NCBI GenBank assembly: GCA_036272935.1
Contig: DATAXP010000143.1
Coordinates: 20,852 to 84,851, forward strand
DNA length: 64,000 nt
From: Pirellulales bacterium
GTDB lineage: Bacteria; Planctomycetota; Planctomycetia; Pirellulales; PNKZ01
Reading direction: 5' to 3'
Part shown: positions 58,001 to 64,000 of the stretch, one piece after another
Numbering within the stretch: position 1 is the stretch's first letter
Layout of the letters: every line of letters starts with the position of its first letter
Notes under the pieces: generated by a model
What the model was told of the DNA's origin: nothing
Databases searched by the model: none
Seen by the model: the letters and a program-made list of their open reading frames with translations, nothing else
Program-made: the position numbers and the translations under genes

Positions 58001-60629
58001 GGCATCGCAGGCGATCACGATCCAGAACACCGCTGCCGCCGACGGTTTCAGCGAGAAGCTCGACGCCACGTTCGGCCCCACCAGCGGCGCTACGACCAAC
58101 GGCGGATCGGTGTCGCTGCTGGCCGCCGGCAATTCCGATTCGACCAGCATGCTCGTCGGCGTCGACACCAGCACGCCCGGCGCCGCCACCGGCACGGTGT
58201 CGATCAATCTCGCCAGCGACGGCACCGGCACCAGCGGCTACGGCAGCACCAGTCTCGACTCGCAAACCGTTACCGTGTCGGGCAACGTCTACGCCTTCGC
58301 CGCCACCAACGACCTGCCGACGACCATCAATCTTGGCAACATCCACGTCGGCGAAAGTTTCGGCACGCAAACCATCTCGATCAGCAACTCGGGCATCGGC
58401 GGCGTGGACTACACCGAAGGGCTCTCGGCGGCGGTCGTCACCATCTCCGGCGGCGCCTCGAGCAACAGCGCCTCGTTCAGCGATCTGCGCGTCGGCGATG
58501 CGGCCAACACCTCGCTCGTCGTCGGCCTTGGCAATGCCGACACCAACGACGCCGGCAACGTCACCGGCACCGTCACCGTCGCCCTCACCTCCAGCGGCGT
58601 GATCGACGGCCTGGGCGATACGTCGCTCGGCACCGAGAGCATCACCGTGCTGGGCTCGGTCTACACGGGCCAGGGCGTGTGGAACACCAACGGCGGTGGA
58701 AGCTGGGCGACGTTCGCCAACTGGACCGGCGACGGCGGCGCGCCTGGCCTCGACCCCAACTACACGACCGGCGATGCCGCGACGTTCGGCAACGCCTTGG
58801 GGGGCGGCTCGGCATTGATCACGCTCGACGGCGTGAGCCCCAGCATCAGCACGCTCACGTTCGACAATGCCACGAGCAGCTACACGATCGCCCAAGGCAC
58901 CGGCGGCACGCTGCATCTCAACAGCATCACCTTTGCCGCCGTGAACGTCAACGCCGGCTCCGACACGATTAGCGCACCCTTGGCCCTCGACGCCAACACC
59001 ACGTTCACGATCAACGCTTCGACCGACGCTTTGACACTCTCGGGGGGCGTGAACGGCACCGGCTCGCTGACCATGCAAGGCGACGGTACGCTCGACCTGG
59101 CCTCGACCAACAGCTTCACCGGCGGAGTGACCGTCGCTAGCGGCCTGCTCAACGTGTTTGCCGACCAGGCGCTCGGCACCGGCGACGTGACGGTGAGCAA
59201 CACCGGTACGCTGGCGTTCAACAACGTCGGCAACTACACCGGCACCAACTCGCTGATGATCTACGGCGGCTCAAGCACTCCGGCGCTGTTGTTCACCGGT
59301 GCGAACAGCTTCGGCGGCAACATCACGGTCGCCACGCTTGCCGGCAACACCATGAGCACCATCGACTTCGCCGCCGGCAGCACCACCACCTTGGCCGGCA
59401 CGCTCACCAAGGACGGCACCACGCTGCACCTGTACAGCGACGGCGCCGATGTCACCATTGCCGGCACGATCGCCGGACTGTCGGCCGGAAGCGACGTGAT
59501 CTTCGCCGGCAACACCGTGACCACCAGCAACTACACGCTCGCCTCGCCGGCCAATTACAACGGCCCGACGTACATCACCGACGGCAGCACGTTATTCCTG
59601 GGGGCCAGCAACGTCCTGCCGGGCAACAGCACCTATGCCGCCAATCCGCGCACCGACATGACCCTCACCACGTCGTCGTCGCTAGGCTCGGTGTTCAACC
59701 TCAACGGCTTCAGCGACACGATCCGCTCGCTGGCCGGTGATACCAACGCCGTCGTCACCGGCACTGCCGACAGCACGCTCACCATCTCGCCGACCTCCGC
59801 CGGCTCGACGGTCTACAACGGCGCCATCACCGGCGGCATGAGCCTGGCCTTCAACGGCGTCGCCGAGAGCGGCCAAATTCTTACCGGCCCGGAAACCTAC
59901 GCCGGCTCGACCACCGTCTACGGCGGCGCGTTGCTCGTCAACGGTTCGATGTCGGGCGGCGGCGTGGTGACCATCAACAGCGATTCCAGCGGCGCGAACC
60001 CCGGCATCTTCGGCGGCACCGGCATGGTCAGCAACGCAGTGGTCGTCTCGGGCGGCCCGAGTGTTGCCGATAATGCCGTGATCTCGCCGGGCAACGCGAT
60101 CCCGGTACTCGATATCGCCGGCAACACGAACGGCGCCACCGGCATGCTGACCGTCGCCAATTATCTAACAATCAACGGTACCTACCTGTGGGATCTCGAC
60201 GTCAGCAATCCCGATCCAACTGCCGGGAACTACGATCAGATCAACCTGGCCGACAACCGGCTTTCGTTGGGAAGCACCTCGGCGCTTGATCTGAACTTCC
60301 TCAACGGCACCGGCCCGACGAACGACGCCTTCTGGGACGACAGCAAGCACACCTGGGACATCATCACCGGCCTCAACGCGCTGGCCGATAATGGCACGCT
60401 GGGCATGCCCGGAGCGTTCGGCAATCTGCTCAACGGCGATTACGCCGGCCTCGGCTCGTTCAGCGTCAGCTACACCAATACCGATGTGCTGCTGACCTGG
60501 AACCCCGCAGCCGTGCCCGAACCAGGCAGCCTGCTGCTCGGCGCACTCGCCGCCGCGGCGGGCCTCGGCGGCTGGCGCCGGCGGAAGAGCGCGGCGAGCA
60601 ACGACGACGAGGCATCGCAAACTGCCTAG
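46077..60629 (+). CDS. Giant (about 4850 aa) surface protein with autotransporter-associated beta-strand (PATR-type) repeats and a C-terminal PEP-CTERM sorting signal
   Basis: Single uninterrupted ORF with a GGGAGGGGAG RBS before ATG 46077 and an N-terminal signal/anchor (IALTWLFIGLSTVVGVPAEVLAAP). At least 18 repeats of the type G-GTL-L---N-YTG-T-I--GTL are visible. The composition is T/G/S/N/A-rich. Confidence 0.85.
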   Translation: MPCRRSPGQSFNLRSSGNSPWRLRRIWRSALRCGRIALTWLFIGLSTVVGVPAEVLAAPFYWDADGSASGNDTSGTDLGGSGIWDTSSALWWDGVSITNDNVWNNAGLDTAIFTGTPGTVTLGAPIVAGSLEFDTSDDGIVDPSGYGLTLGGESPTITVAADAAASIAASIHGTGSLAINGGGMLTLTSASNDYSGGTDLQSGYLSVWNDANLGATTGTVTFDGGTLLAGTFNTGRDIVINNSGGTFDVARTFITLLPGDISGTGTLNKTGFGELRLLSSNSNFTGDVNVENGTLRIYSMTGGQLSNYLGALNEANSYTVHSSGVLIADDSAIVSNNPVVNLLSDTAPISLQGGQLEFISSNATGNSIVTETAGNVTLDFGLSTITTDRYGSANASGAVFALGSLTQTTYAATINFTNVDGTLGVAGNNPQITFATAPSLNNGIIGGWALVNTNDFASYDPTNGVGALSTSGFIGYSSTNLTSAGATDNVLVTNTPSAAITTRTVNSIKWNTTTATMTIASGATLTIDSGGLLAVGNVNKTITPASGTATLSANGGALYVHNNQATITINTVIADGDMSTALVKDQGGTLSLAGSTDNLYTGGTWVLGGGLTTGTTAGRTYLGTGPVTVDRALLTQGNTGATSSPLGYTVIEGGQVTLSTTSSAYTAAGDVYNISAGSAIAGAASAAGKGINSLSRVDSMTGGGQVVLAPGAVVANTVQLTSALNLSTGTIQNLGTASDLLYGIAATQNNANGNVSIGIGTPFFGVSTDRSSRAWDLGTITITPGTTDVVLQALDYSDSTGTTNTAATLTFGNGITANGPVINASNAVNVHIASGIIELNDNDATYGNSSTAPVTFVVDNGAILVGAQDSSLGSGTGVANVVVSNGGVLEQNPTNNVGTELNGNVEVQGGGEFLAQITNGLTGTGQLTFDPGSILQISNVSGWSGSQAAAANISDGAIVRLAVTGFGDPDAPLLSTYFDGKGIYEINNNVGAANPTDPNTVILALNGGIVTNDSASRTFSGAGNGIVTVGTLGATLAASSGTYMNWYNATDLGSNTLTIGSNSVIDGNAKLGEIRLEGTFSAAAGAQIDIIPNASLRVSVANILDDSIVVNLPLGAQLYMDQPDTITNVVGAGTLSGDSLLTLVQSGDYNLDAQLAGVNASFGIAQNGGGAMTITNPNITGFGSIVANNGTALIGPGIDLGGTYALSANALGAGVTATVDLNGTSQTVTALTFAGSTTTSAPIITGAGSTITLAGNVTYTSTNNPLGGLLNVATLDLGDVTRTFSVGDSTSAPVDLEIDSLVQSSGGLTKSGTGLLLLTNTGNDYTGQNWIQAGTLSVASIGNDGVQSMLGQQTGSLSPILLGSGSSTGALQYTGPGEVLTRSFDMMGTTGGGTIDSSGTGSLIINSDLLADGVGNKTFNLTGSYTGVNTFAGAIIDPGPTNSTSLSVSTSGTWVISGNDSYTGTTIVRSGTLQLQDAGSISDAATTVVDGTLDLNGISTQITSLSLGGTGAVSTSFPIVSIGTGGTLTLGGNVTYTNTSNPLGSQITGGMLDLGGATRTFNVGNSTGATVDLEVDSLVQGSGGITKTGAGSLELTNAANDYTGQTWVQAGTLIVTGFGNVGSAGVLGNQPDAGTATIKVGNTTTAVGLQYLGAGEMTDRVIDLSGTTGGASIDSSGTGALVFTSDFTASGNGNKTLTLTGTNTALNTVGGAIVDSSTGVTSLVKDGYGTWLLAGDNSYSGNTSIQSGILAIGGAADRLPTGTTVILGDGTTNDSGKLVLGDGTTAQNQTLAGLSTAGTGTDNRVVGGGPTVANLTVNLPGGFDEYDGFLGGSGTYENNLSLTVTGTGTLLLTAPETYTGGTTINGGGLVLSNTAQVQGNIVVNGGFVDLASPSNLTGDIVLGPGGVLPIDTDSVGNVSLLDPSSTGVVALNFNNSTLTNLNGTDTFLGAVGDRIFSSATFDADPDGNYRLGGGAPWDNMDTVTTGGGGGLLQIAAANVLTGANNVIIGDPNIAGGGSTVQLTAAQNYTGTTTLDYGSLIFSNVNEFGSPTTVAGSLILNGGILQYNTATTTDVSSRLAIADGGGINTNGNNVTFATAIGNTASGGTGGLAKLGLGTLTMSKANTYVGATTVAGGTLKLDFNASAAATTDILSNASSLVMSGGALSVNGKGSTNANSQTWTGTTFAEGASTLTTSFTAATNGAGGLTVDLGTLSRNQGATVNFGQGTNSNAANTTYAISSGPASSLLIDNNGTAYATYNLTDWAAVDATGSQVVSGASLSGFYTNASGTTLLSGNANIVGGNATLSDDDTISSLRMDDTAKRTLDLGGNTLVTGGVLFAGVTGNAITDGTLTGPSGSDLTVIANNTGDATISAAIGDNGGTGLTKAGTGRLFLTNTTSSYLGPTVIDAGILNVAGTISAGVNGALGNASADASNLIINGGTLQETESSVTRTFSRDFSVGLAGASIDSSMGSTSAWDFSANAPIGLIDSGARTLTLTGSNTFNNTFSLSIGDNGGPTSLEKAGAGLWDLTAINSYTGTTTIAQGILRINNAGALPGGLGALDSSNLNSTNTGGGNLDFAAIGSNTAILELTAASGSFYRSLGTGIDQVQWTGNGGFSAIGGDQVVNLGGDIVPDQVTWGSGSFVSNILDFGDGGNGAADSMINFQNPIDLGNKLRTINVDNGRDAIDAELTGTLTGTVGAGLTKSGAGALLLNAINDATTDSSSPITVNAGYLVFATSGAILGSGQNITVNAGGGVVLEGATDASLLMSRLVNTSAGSLSLDTSSSATIDFTNFANLSLGAFSNVGGTPIYFTGDIIPNSETYRLGSANSGSAVSGGGGPLNFNGNYLVLPNAQTLTDDGSTPRSLVEGAGYLLLQNWNDFSGGTTLTAAGTIGIGNDYALGSGTLTYGANVTIAIGSLDGDHTIANSIVETGTGSFIINGNLVNDGIPNAGGLTFLGSFDLNGQTGRAIYIRSPGNAIFLGDVTDGANLNLDVSTAGTYSFLTLPTDAVAKDINGIIQGLSSTLIIDSAGSLGTIPTTPTTVLTVNSSTLEVQPGTPAVALDPNQNISISANTSTIFNTPGGPLVGNSTLTIPGVIAGGGTGVFTKNGLGTLVLQGDNTFTAKSVLINGGTLQLDFSAANSPTSNILAAAFPVTLGAATGGGGGTLAITGADGAANSQAFGDLTIDGKENAINVAAGAGGTVTVTLGNTFTTTLGAVLQITSDAGSTIASGAGTPSQILLDAGGNAYATFNASDYAAENSTDSAIVAGSSIAGFYTPSTLTTLGGNADVVTNVALGASTSVTSLRFNDSSDDRTLTLGATLNTGGILVTPNVGVNASLITGGTLMGTGGSLKELDIMQNNPLGSLTIASVIADDTTATALVKAGVGDLVLSGVNTYTGVTYFNGGTIEVASMANGAAASPLGKASNAGGNWVFTGGALRYNAAGNATTDHGATFDNVSAIEVTQSTSTLTLSSTTSQLTGQAGVVGILQKTGDGTLVLGGTGSDTNLSVEVVAGTLDLGKNSNTAYAVSGGAGGAALIVDNGATAVVTGTGGQQVLTSSSVVVSTGGTFDFNGSTQTFDGLAGGGTVTNDNASNTGLIILGANNDANISQYSVAAANAGVATTGLNNFSGVIADGASPMGLIKIGAGTQILSGLNTYSQDTDIVSGTIQLGIADALPSGAGAGNVVITNNTVGGLLVPGTLDLSGFDQTVNGLSGSGGLVTNSALATTATLTVGATDATNTFDGTLQNGYTNAILALSKIGAGTLTLTENNLYTGITTINAGTLALAGAGSIGTSSAINVLAGAAFDVTGLTAPALNLGQTLEGTGTVYATDVGYTINGTLSPGDVATTGIGTLNVLGDLTLGSTAASNFKLGSGANDSVAVTGNLNLGGSLNLLDNAGANGQGSLGPGQYQLFTYTGTDSGAFASVSISTSATLHPNVVNDVVNHAVDVDIYRLASAASIANPGSANYHVGDVASQAITIQNTAAADGFSEKLDATFGPTSGATTNGGSVSLLAAGNSDSTSMLVGVDTSTPGAATGTVSINLASDGTGTSGYGSTSLDSQTVTVSGNVYAFAATNDLPTTINLGNIHVGESFGTQTISISNSGIGGVDYTEGLSAAVVTISGGASSNSASFSDLRVGDAANTSLVVGLGNADTNDAGNVTGTVTVALTSSGVIDGLGDTSLGTESITVLGSVYTGQGVWNTNGGGSWATFANWTGDGGAPGLDPNYTTGDAATFGNALGGGSALITLDGVSPSISTLTFDNATSSYTIAQGTGGTLHLNSITFAAVNVNAGSDTISAPLALDANTTFTINASTDALTLSGGVNGTGSLTMQGDGTLDLASTNSFTGGVTVASGLLNVFADQALGTGDVTVSNTGTLAFNNVGNYTGTNSLMIYGGSSTPALLFTGANSFGGNITVATLAGNTMSTIDFAAGSTTTLAGTLTKDGTTLHLYSDGADVTIAGTIAGLSAGSDVIFAGNTVTTSNYTLASPANYNGPTYITDGSTLFLGASNVLPGNSTYAANPRTDMTLTTSSSLGSVFNLNGFSDTIRSLAGDTNAVVTGTADSTLTISPTSAGSTVYNGAITGGMSLAFNGVAESGQILTGPETYAGSTTVYGGALLVNGSMSGGGVVTINSDSSGANPGIFGGTGMVSNAVVVSGGPSVADNAVISPGNAIPVLDIAGNTNGATGMLTVANYLTINGTYLWDLDVSNPDPTAGNYDQINLADNRLSLGSTSALDLNFLNGTGPTNDAFWDDSKHTWDIITGLNALADNGTLGMPGAFGNLLNGDYAGLGSFSVSYTNTDVLLTWNPAAVPEPGSLLLGALAAAAGLGGWRRRKSAASNDDEASQTA
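60513..60587 (+). other. PEP-CTERM sorting domain of the giant protein
   Basis: VPEPGSLLLGALAAAAGLGGWRRRK has the VPEP motif, a hydrophobic helix and a basic cluster. Confidence 0.85.
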
Positions 60630-60704
60630 CACCGCTGTGACCGGTGTCGAGGGCGATTGTCGTGACCATGCTGGCGGCATAGGACCGCGAAAAGACGAAA
60701 CTCA

Positions 60705-60783
60705 TAGCCCCGAGCGCGAGCGAGCGGTGCTGGGCGCGGCCGAAGTAGCAATGTCCAACACCGCTCGCTTGCGCTCGCGGCTA
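60705..60783. repeat. Inverted repeat of the TAGCCCCGAGCG family
   Basis: tagccccgagcgcgagcgagcggtg (60705-60729) pairs with caccgctcgcttgcgctcgcggcta (60759-60783) with 2 mismatches. Further half-sites lie at 60829-60842 and 61713-61723. Confidence 0.65.
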
Positions 60784-60889
60784 GGAATCGCGGTCGCATT
60801 CGTTGCGACAGCGGTTGCATCGTGCTGTCGCGCTCGGGGCTAGGATGCTTTTTGGCAACGCGACCTGTTCGCAAGAAGCTGCTCGCGCT

Positions 60890-61687
60890 TCACGGCCTGA
60901 CGAGGTACATGCGCTCCCCCATCAACTGCGGCTTGCCGGGTGACGGTTGCGGCGCGGCGACGCGCGGCCGTGCGCCTCCCTGAACGTCGCGCGCTTGGCG
61001 CAACATTGCCAACAGGTTCTCCACCTGCTCGTGTACTTCGCGGGTTTGCGAGACGATCAATGCCGAGCCGAGCGGAAATTGCTTGATCGATCCCGCGCCG
61101 CCAACGTCGGACCAGGTTTGCGGCACCACCGAGCCGGTGATCGCGTCGATCAATGTGCAGTAATCCTCGGTGACGTAAGTCGGAAACTCGAACTCCACCA
61201 GATCGCGAACCGGGTACACGCGCACAACGGTCGTCAGGTCGGCCACGGTGCGCGTCGTAATCAGTATCGATCCGTCGCCTCGCGCCAGCCATGTCAGTTC
61301 CGCCGGCGTCGATCGCAGAATATCGCTCAAGGCCGTGCCAATGCTCACGGCTGTGGCCGAGTAATCGATCGGATGGTCGGTGGCGAGTGTCCCTTCGCTC
61401 CAGCTCTTGGCGTCAACAACAATCGTGAAGCTGGTCAACCCGCCGAAGTAAGCCAGCACATCCGTCAAAGGGACGTTGGAGAGCTGCACCGAGCAAGGTG
61501 CGGCCAGCGCCGCACGGAACCGCCGCTCGACGGCAGCTTCGCCGCTCGCGCTGAACACAGCCACGTCCGCCGTATGGGCCTGCGGGTCATCGATCGTCTG
61601 CGCGCCCCGCGCCGCCGCCGCCATCACAATACTCACGGCTGCCGTCGATCGAACGGCCCAAAATGCACTGAAAAGGATCGCTTTCAT
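60890..61687 (-). CDS. Hypothetical secreted protein with secretin-N-domain-like pattern
   Basis: Signal peptide. LSNVPLTDVLAYFGGLTSFTIVVD..., ILITTRTVADL..VRVYPVRDL and VVPQTWSDVGGAGSIKQFPLGSALIVSQTREVHEQVENLL resemble the N0/N1-type domains common in planctomycete secreted proteins. No pore domain is present. Confidence 0.45.
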   Translation of the reverse strand: MKAILFSAFWAVRSTAAVSIVMAAAARGAQTIDDPQAHTADVAVFSASGEAAVERRFRAALAAPCSVQLSNVPLTDVLAYFGGLTSFTIVVDAKSWSEGTLATDHPIDYSATAVSIGTALSDILRSTPAELTWLARGDGSILITTRTVADLTTVVRVYPVRDLVEFEFPTYVTEDYCTLIDAITGSVVPQTWSDVGGAGSIKQFPLGSALIVSQTREVHEQVENLLAMLRQARDVQGGARPRVAAPQPSPGKPQLMGERMYLVRP

Positions 61688-61869
61688 AACGTTGCTCCAC
61701 GTGAAGACCCGATAGCCCCGAGCCTACGACGATCCGCGTGCCGCGGCAAGCAATGCGGTGCATTGCCGCAACGGGTGAACTAGAATCGCCGATAGTGAGC
61801 CATCGGAGCTACGCGAGCGTTCGCTCGCCGTCGATGGCCAAAATCAGGCTCGACCCCGAGGGCACGGCC

Positions 61870-63999
61870 ATGCTTTTCCGTCGCTCGCTGCCGCCTTGCG
61901 CGATGTTCACCTGGATCGTCCTCGGCTGCTCCGCCCGAGCTGCCGAAGAGGCGAAGCCCGTGCTGCCGCTGTCGCGGGTTGTCATGTTCACCTCGGGCAT
62001 TGGTTACTTCGAACACTCTGGGTCGGTCGAAGGCGATCAGCAAGTTCAGCTTCCGTTCAACGTCGGCGATGTGAACGACGTGTTGAAGAGCATCGTGCTG
62101 GAAGACGGCGGCGGCGGAAAAATCTCGGCGGTCACCTATGCCGCCAAGGACCCTCTCAGCAGAACGCTCCGCACCTTCGCGATCGATCTGACCCGTGAGC
62201 CGACGTTGGCCGACCTGCTGCGGCAGGTGCGTGGTGAAAAGATCGAGGTCGAGACGCGCGAATCCGGTCAAGGGCAGCGGCTGGTCGGCTCGATCGTGGG
62301 CATCGAGCGGCGCACGATGCCCGGCCCCAAAGAGACGTTCCTGCCGCTCGACGTTTTGAACCTGTCGAGTGAGAGCGGACTGCGCAGCGTGACGATGGAC
62401 TCGATTGTTTCGATCCGGCTGGTCGACCAGGAATTGAATGCCGACCTGCAAGAGGCCCTGGCCACCTTGGCCAAGGCACATGCCACCGACCAGAAAACCG
62501 TCACGCTCGATTTTCGCGGCAAGGCCAAGCGCCGGGTGCGCGTGGGATACGTGCTCGAATCGCCATTATGGAAGACGACGTATCGGCTGGTGCTCGACAG
62601 CGACGGCGCACCGCTGCTGCAAGGCTGGGCAATCGTCGAGAACACGACGGAGCACGACTGGGATCGCGTGAGCATGGCCTTGGTGAGCGGCCGGCCGATC
62701 TCGTTTCAGATGAACCTGTATCAGCCGTTCTATGTCGCTCGACCCATGCTCAGTCCGGAAACCTATGCCACGGTGAATTCGCAGACGCACGGGCAAGACC
62801 TGGCTGAACAGGAGGCACTGTTGCGGCAGCAAGCGGCGCTGGGCGCTCACATGGCAGGGCAGAAGCCGGTGCGTTCGACAATCGCTACGCTCCCCAGCGG
62901 GCTCGGCGGCGGCATGGGAGGCATGGGTGGAGGCATGGGTGGAGGCGGCTTTTTTGGCGGGCCGATGACACTCGCTGCCAAGGGCGAGCCGATCAATCCC
63001 GCGCAGGGCGTCGCCACCGCTGCCACGGCCGACGACGTGGGCGAGCTGTTCCGTTACAGCATCGATGAGCCGGTAACATTGCCGCGGAACCAATCGGCGA
63101 TGCTGCCGATCGTCAACGAGACGATCACCGGCGAGCGCCTGTCGCTGTACAACCCCGCGACGCACTCGAAGCATCCCCTGAATGCCGTGAAGCTCAAAAA
63201 CACGACGACGCTGCACTTGATGCAAGGGCCGATCACGGTGTTCGACGGCGGCGAGTACGCCGGCGACGCGCGGATCGAAGACGTTGCCCCTGGCGCGGAA
63301 CGGCTGGTCAGCTACGCGCTGGATTTGGACGTCGAAGTGGCTCCCGAGACGCGACCCAGTGTCGAAGAGTTGGTCGCGGTGAAAGTCGCCAAGGGAACGG
63401 TCGTCACCACCAGGCTCGAGCGCCGTGAGCAGCGATATCGCGTGAAGAATGCTTCGACCAAGCCGCGGCGTGTGTTGATCGAACAGGCGGTGCAACGCGA
63501 TTGGCGGCTTGCCAAACCGGAGAAGCCAGCCGAGCAAACGAGCGATCGCTATCGGTTCGCCGTCGAGGCTGCGCCAGGCAAGACGGCTGTCCTGGCAGTC
63601 GAGGAACAGCACGAAGTTGTCGCTCAACAGGAGTTGGTTGCCGTCGATTCCAACCTGTTGGGCGTTTATCTACGATCGAAGCAAGTGAGCCAACGGGTGA
63701 AAGACGCCATCGCCGAGTTCCAGCAGCGCTCGACGGCGATCAGCGAGGTCGCCGATCGGCGATCGGGGTTGCTTAAGGAACTGGCCACGATCGACACGGA
63801 ACAAGGACGCCTGCGCGAGAACTTGAAGGCACTCGATCGCTCGCGCGACTTGACGCTCTACGTGCGCTACATTCGCAAGTTCGAGCAACAAGAGGACCAG
63901 ATCGAATCGCTGCGCGCGAAAACCCAAGCGCTGACCGACGAGGAGCACAAGCTGCGTGCAGAACTGGCGGATTTTGTCGCCGCCCTGGACTTACAATAG
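61870..63999 (+). CDS. DUF4139 (with DUF4140-like N-terminus) domain protein with C-terminal coiled coil
   Basis: Signal peptide MLFRRSLPPCAMFTWIVLGCSARA. VVMFTSGIGYFEHSGSVEGDQQVQLPFNVGDVNDVLKSIVLED fits the DUF4140/4139 N-terminal pattern. TAG at 63997-63999. The start (61738, 61834 or 61870) is uncertain. Confidence 0.6.
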   Translation: MLFRRSLPPCAMFTWIVLGCSARAAEEAKPVLPLSRVVMFTSGIGYFEHSGSVEGDQQVQLPFNVGDVNDVLKSIVLEDGGGGKISAVTYAAKDPLSRTLRTFAIDLTREPTLADLLRQVRGEKIEVETRESGQGQRLVGSIVGIERRTMPGPKETFLPLDVLNLSSESGLRSVTMDSIVSIRLVDQELNADLQEALATLAKAHATDQKTVTLDFRGKAKRRVRVGYVLESPLWKTTYRLVLDSDGAPLLQGWAIVENTTEHDWDRVSMALVSGRPISFQMNLYQPFYVARPMLSPETYATVNSQTHGQDLAEQEALLRQQAALGAHMAGQKPVRSTIATLPSGLGGGMGGMGGGMGGGGFFGGPMTLAAKGEPINPAQGVATAATADDVGELFRYSIDEPVTLPRNQSAMLPIVNETITGERLSLYNPATHSKHPLNAVKLKNTTTLHLMQGPITVFDGGEYAGDARIEDVAPGAERLVSYALDLDVEVAPETRPSVEELVAVKVAKGTVVTTRLERREQRYRVKNASTKPRRVLIEQAVQRDWRLAKPEKPAEQTSDRYRFAVEAAPGKTAVLAVEEQHEVVAQQELVAVDSNLLGVYLRSKQVSQRVKDAIAEFQQRSTAISEVADRRSGLLKELATIDTEQGRLRENLKALDRSRDLTLYVRYIRKFEQQEDQIESLRAKTQALTDEEHKLRAELADFVAALDLQ
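62911..62946 (+). repeat. In-frame 12-nt tandem repeat encoding a Gly/Met tract
   Basis: ggcatgggagga / ggcatgggtgga / ggcatgggtgga gives GMGGGMGGGMGG within LGGGMGGMGGGMGGGGFFGG. Confidence 0.7.
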
Positions 64000-64000
64000 G

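Overview
GC-rich (mid-60s % by eye) 64-kb chromosomal segment. The gene content suggests a Planctomycetota (Pirellulales-like) genome: a DUF1553/DUF1501 pair, a planctomycete-type CxxCH domain, and a giant protein with autotransporter-associated beta-strand repeats and a PEP-CTERM tail. I call about 50 protein genes, 2 tRNAs, no rRNA, no CRISPR and no prophage or integrase. Housekeeping genes (mutM, metF, sufU-sufS, purB, fur, flgM, rlmN, uvrB) are interspersed with envelope functions. These include a prepilin peptidase, a GT39 glycosyltransferase, a divergent exopolysaccharide locus at 28.6-36.1 kb, and an ABC exporter module. Other notable loci are an ECF sigma/anti-sigma module, a co-directional string of redox and acyl-transfer genes at 36.1-42.9 kb, and one 14.55-kb ORF at 46077-60629. 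The most unusual aspect is the non-coding fraction. Almost every intergenic spacer holds a structured palindromic element from one of several recurring families. One family brackets an IS200-like Y1 transposase lacking IS features, which is a REPtron-like arrangement. A tRNA-Ile(GAU)/tRNA-Ala(UGC) pair stands alone, away from any rRNA, with its own consensus promoter. All calls come from reading the ORF track and the sequence by eye. Family names are from memory of motifs, hairpin coordinates are hand-counted (expect +/- 2 nt), and no database search was possible. The long antisense and alternative-frame ORFs in the track are treated as high-GC artefacts.
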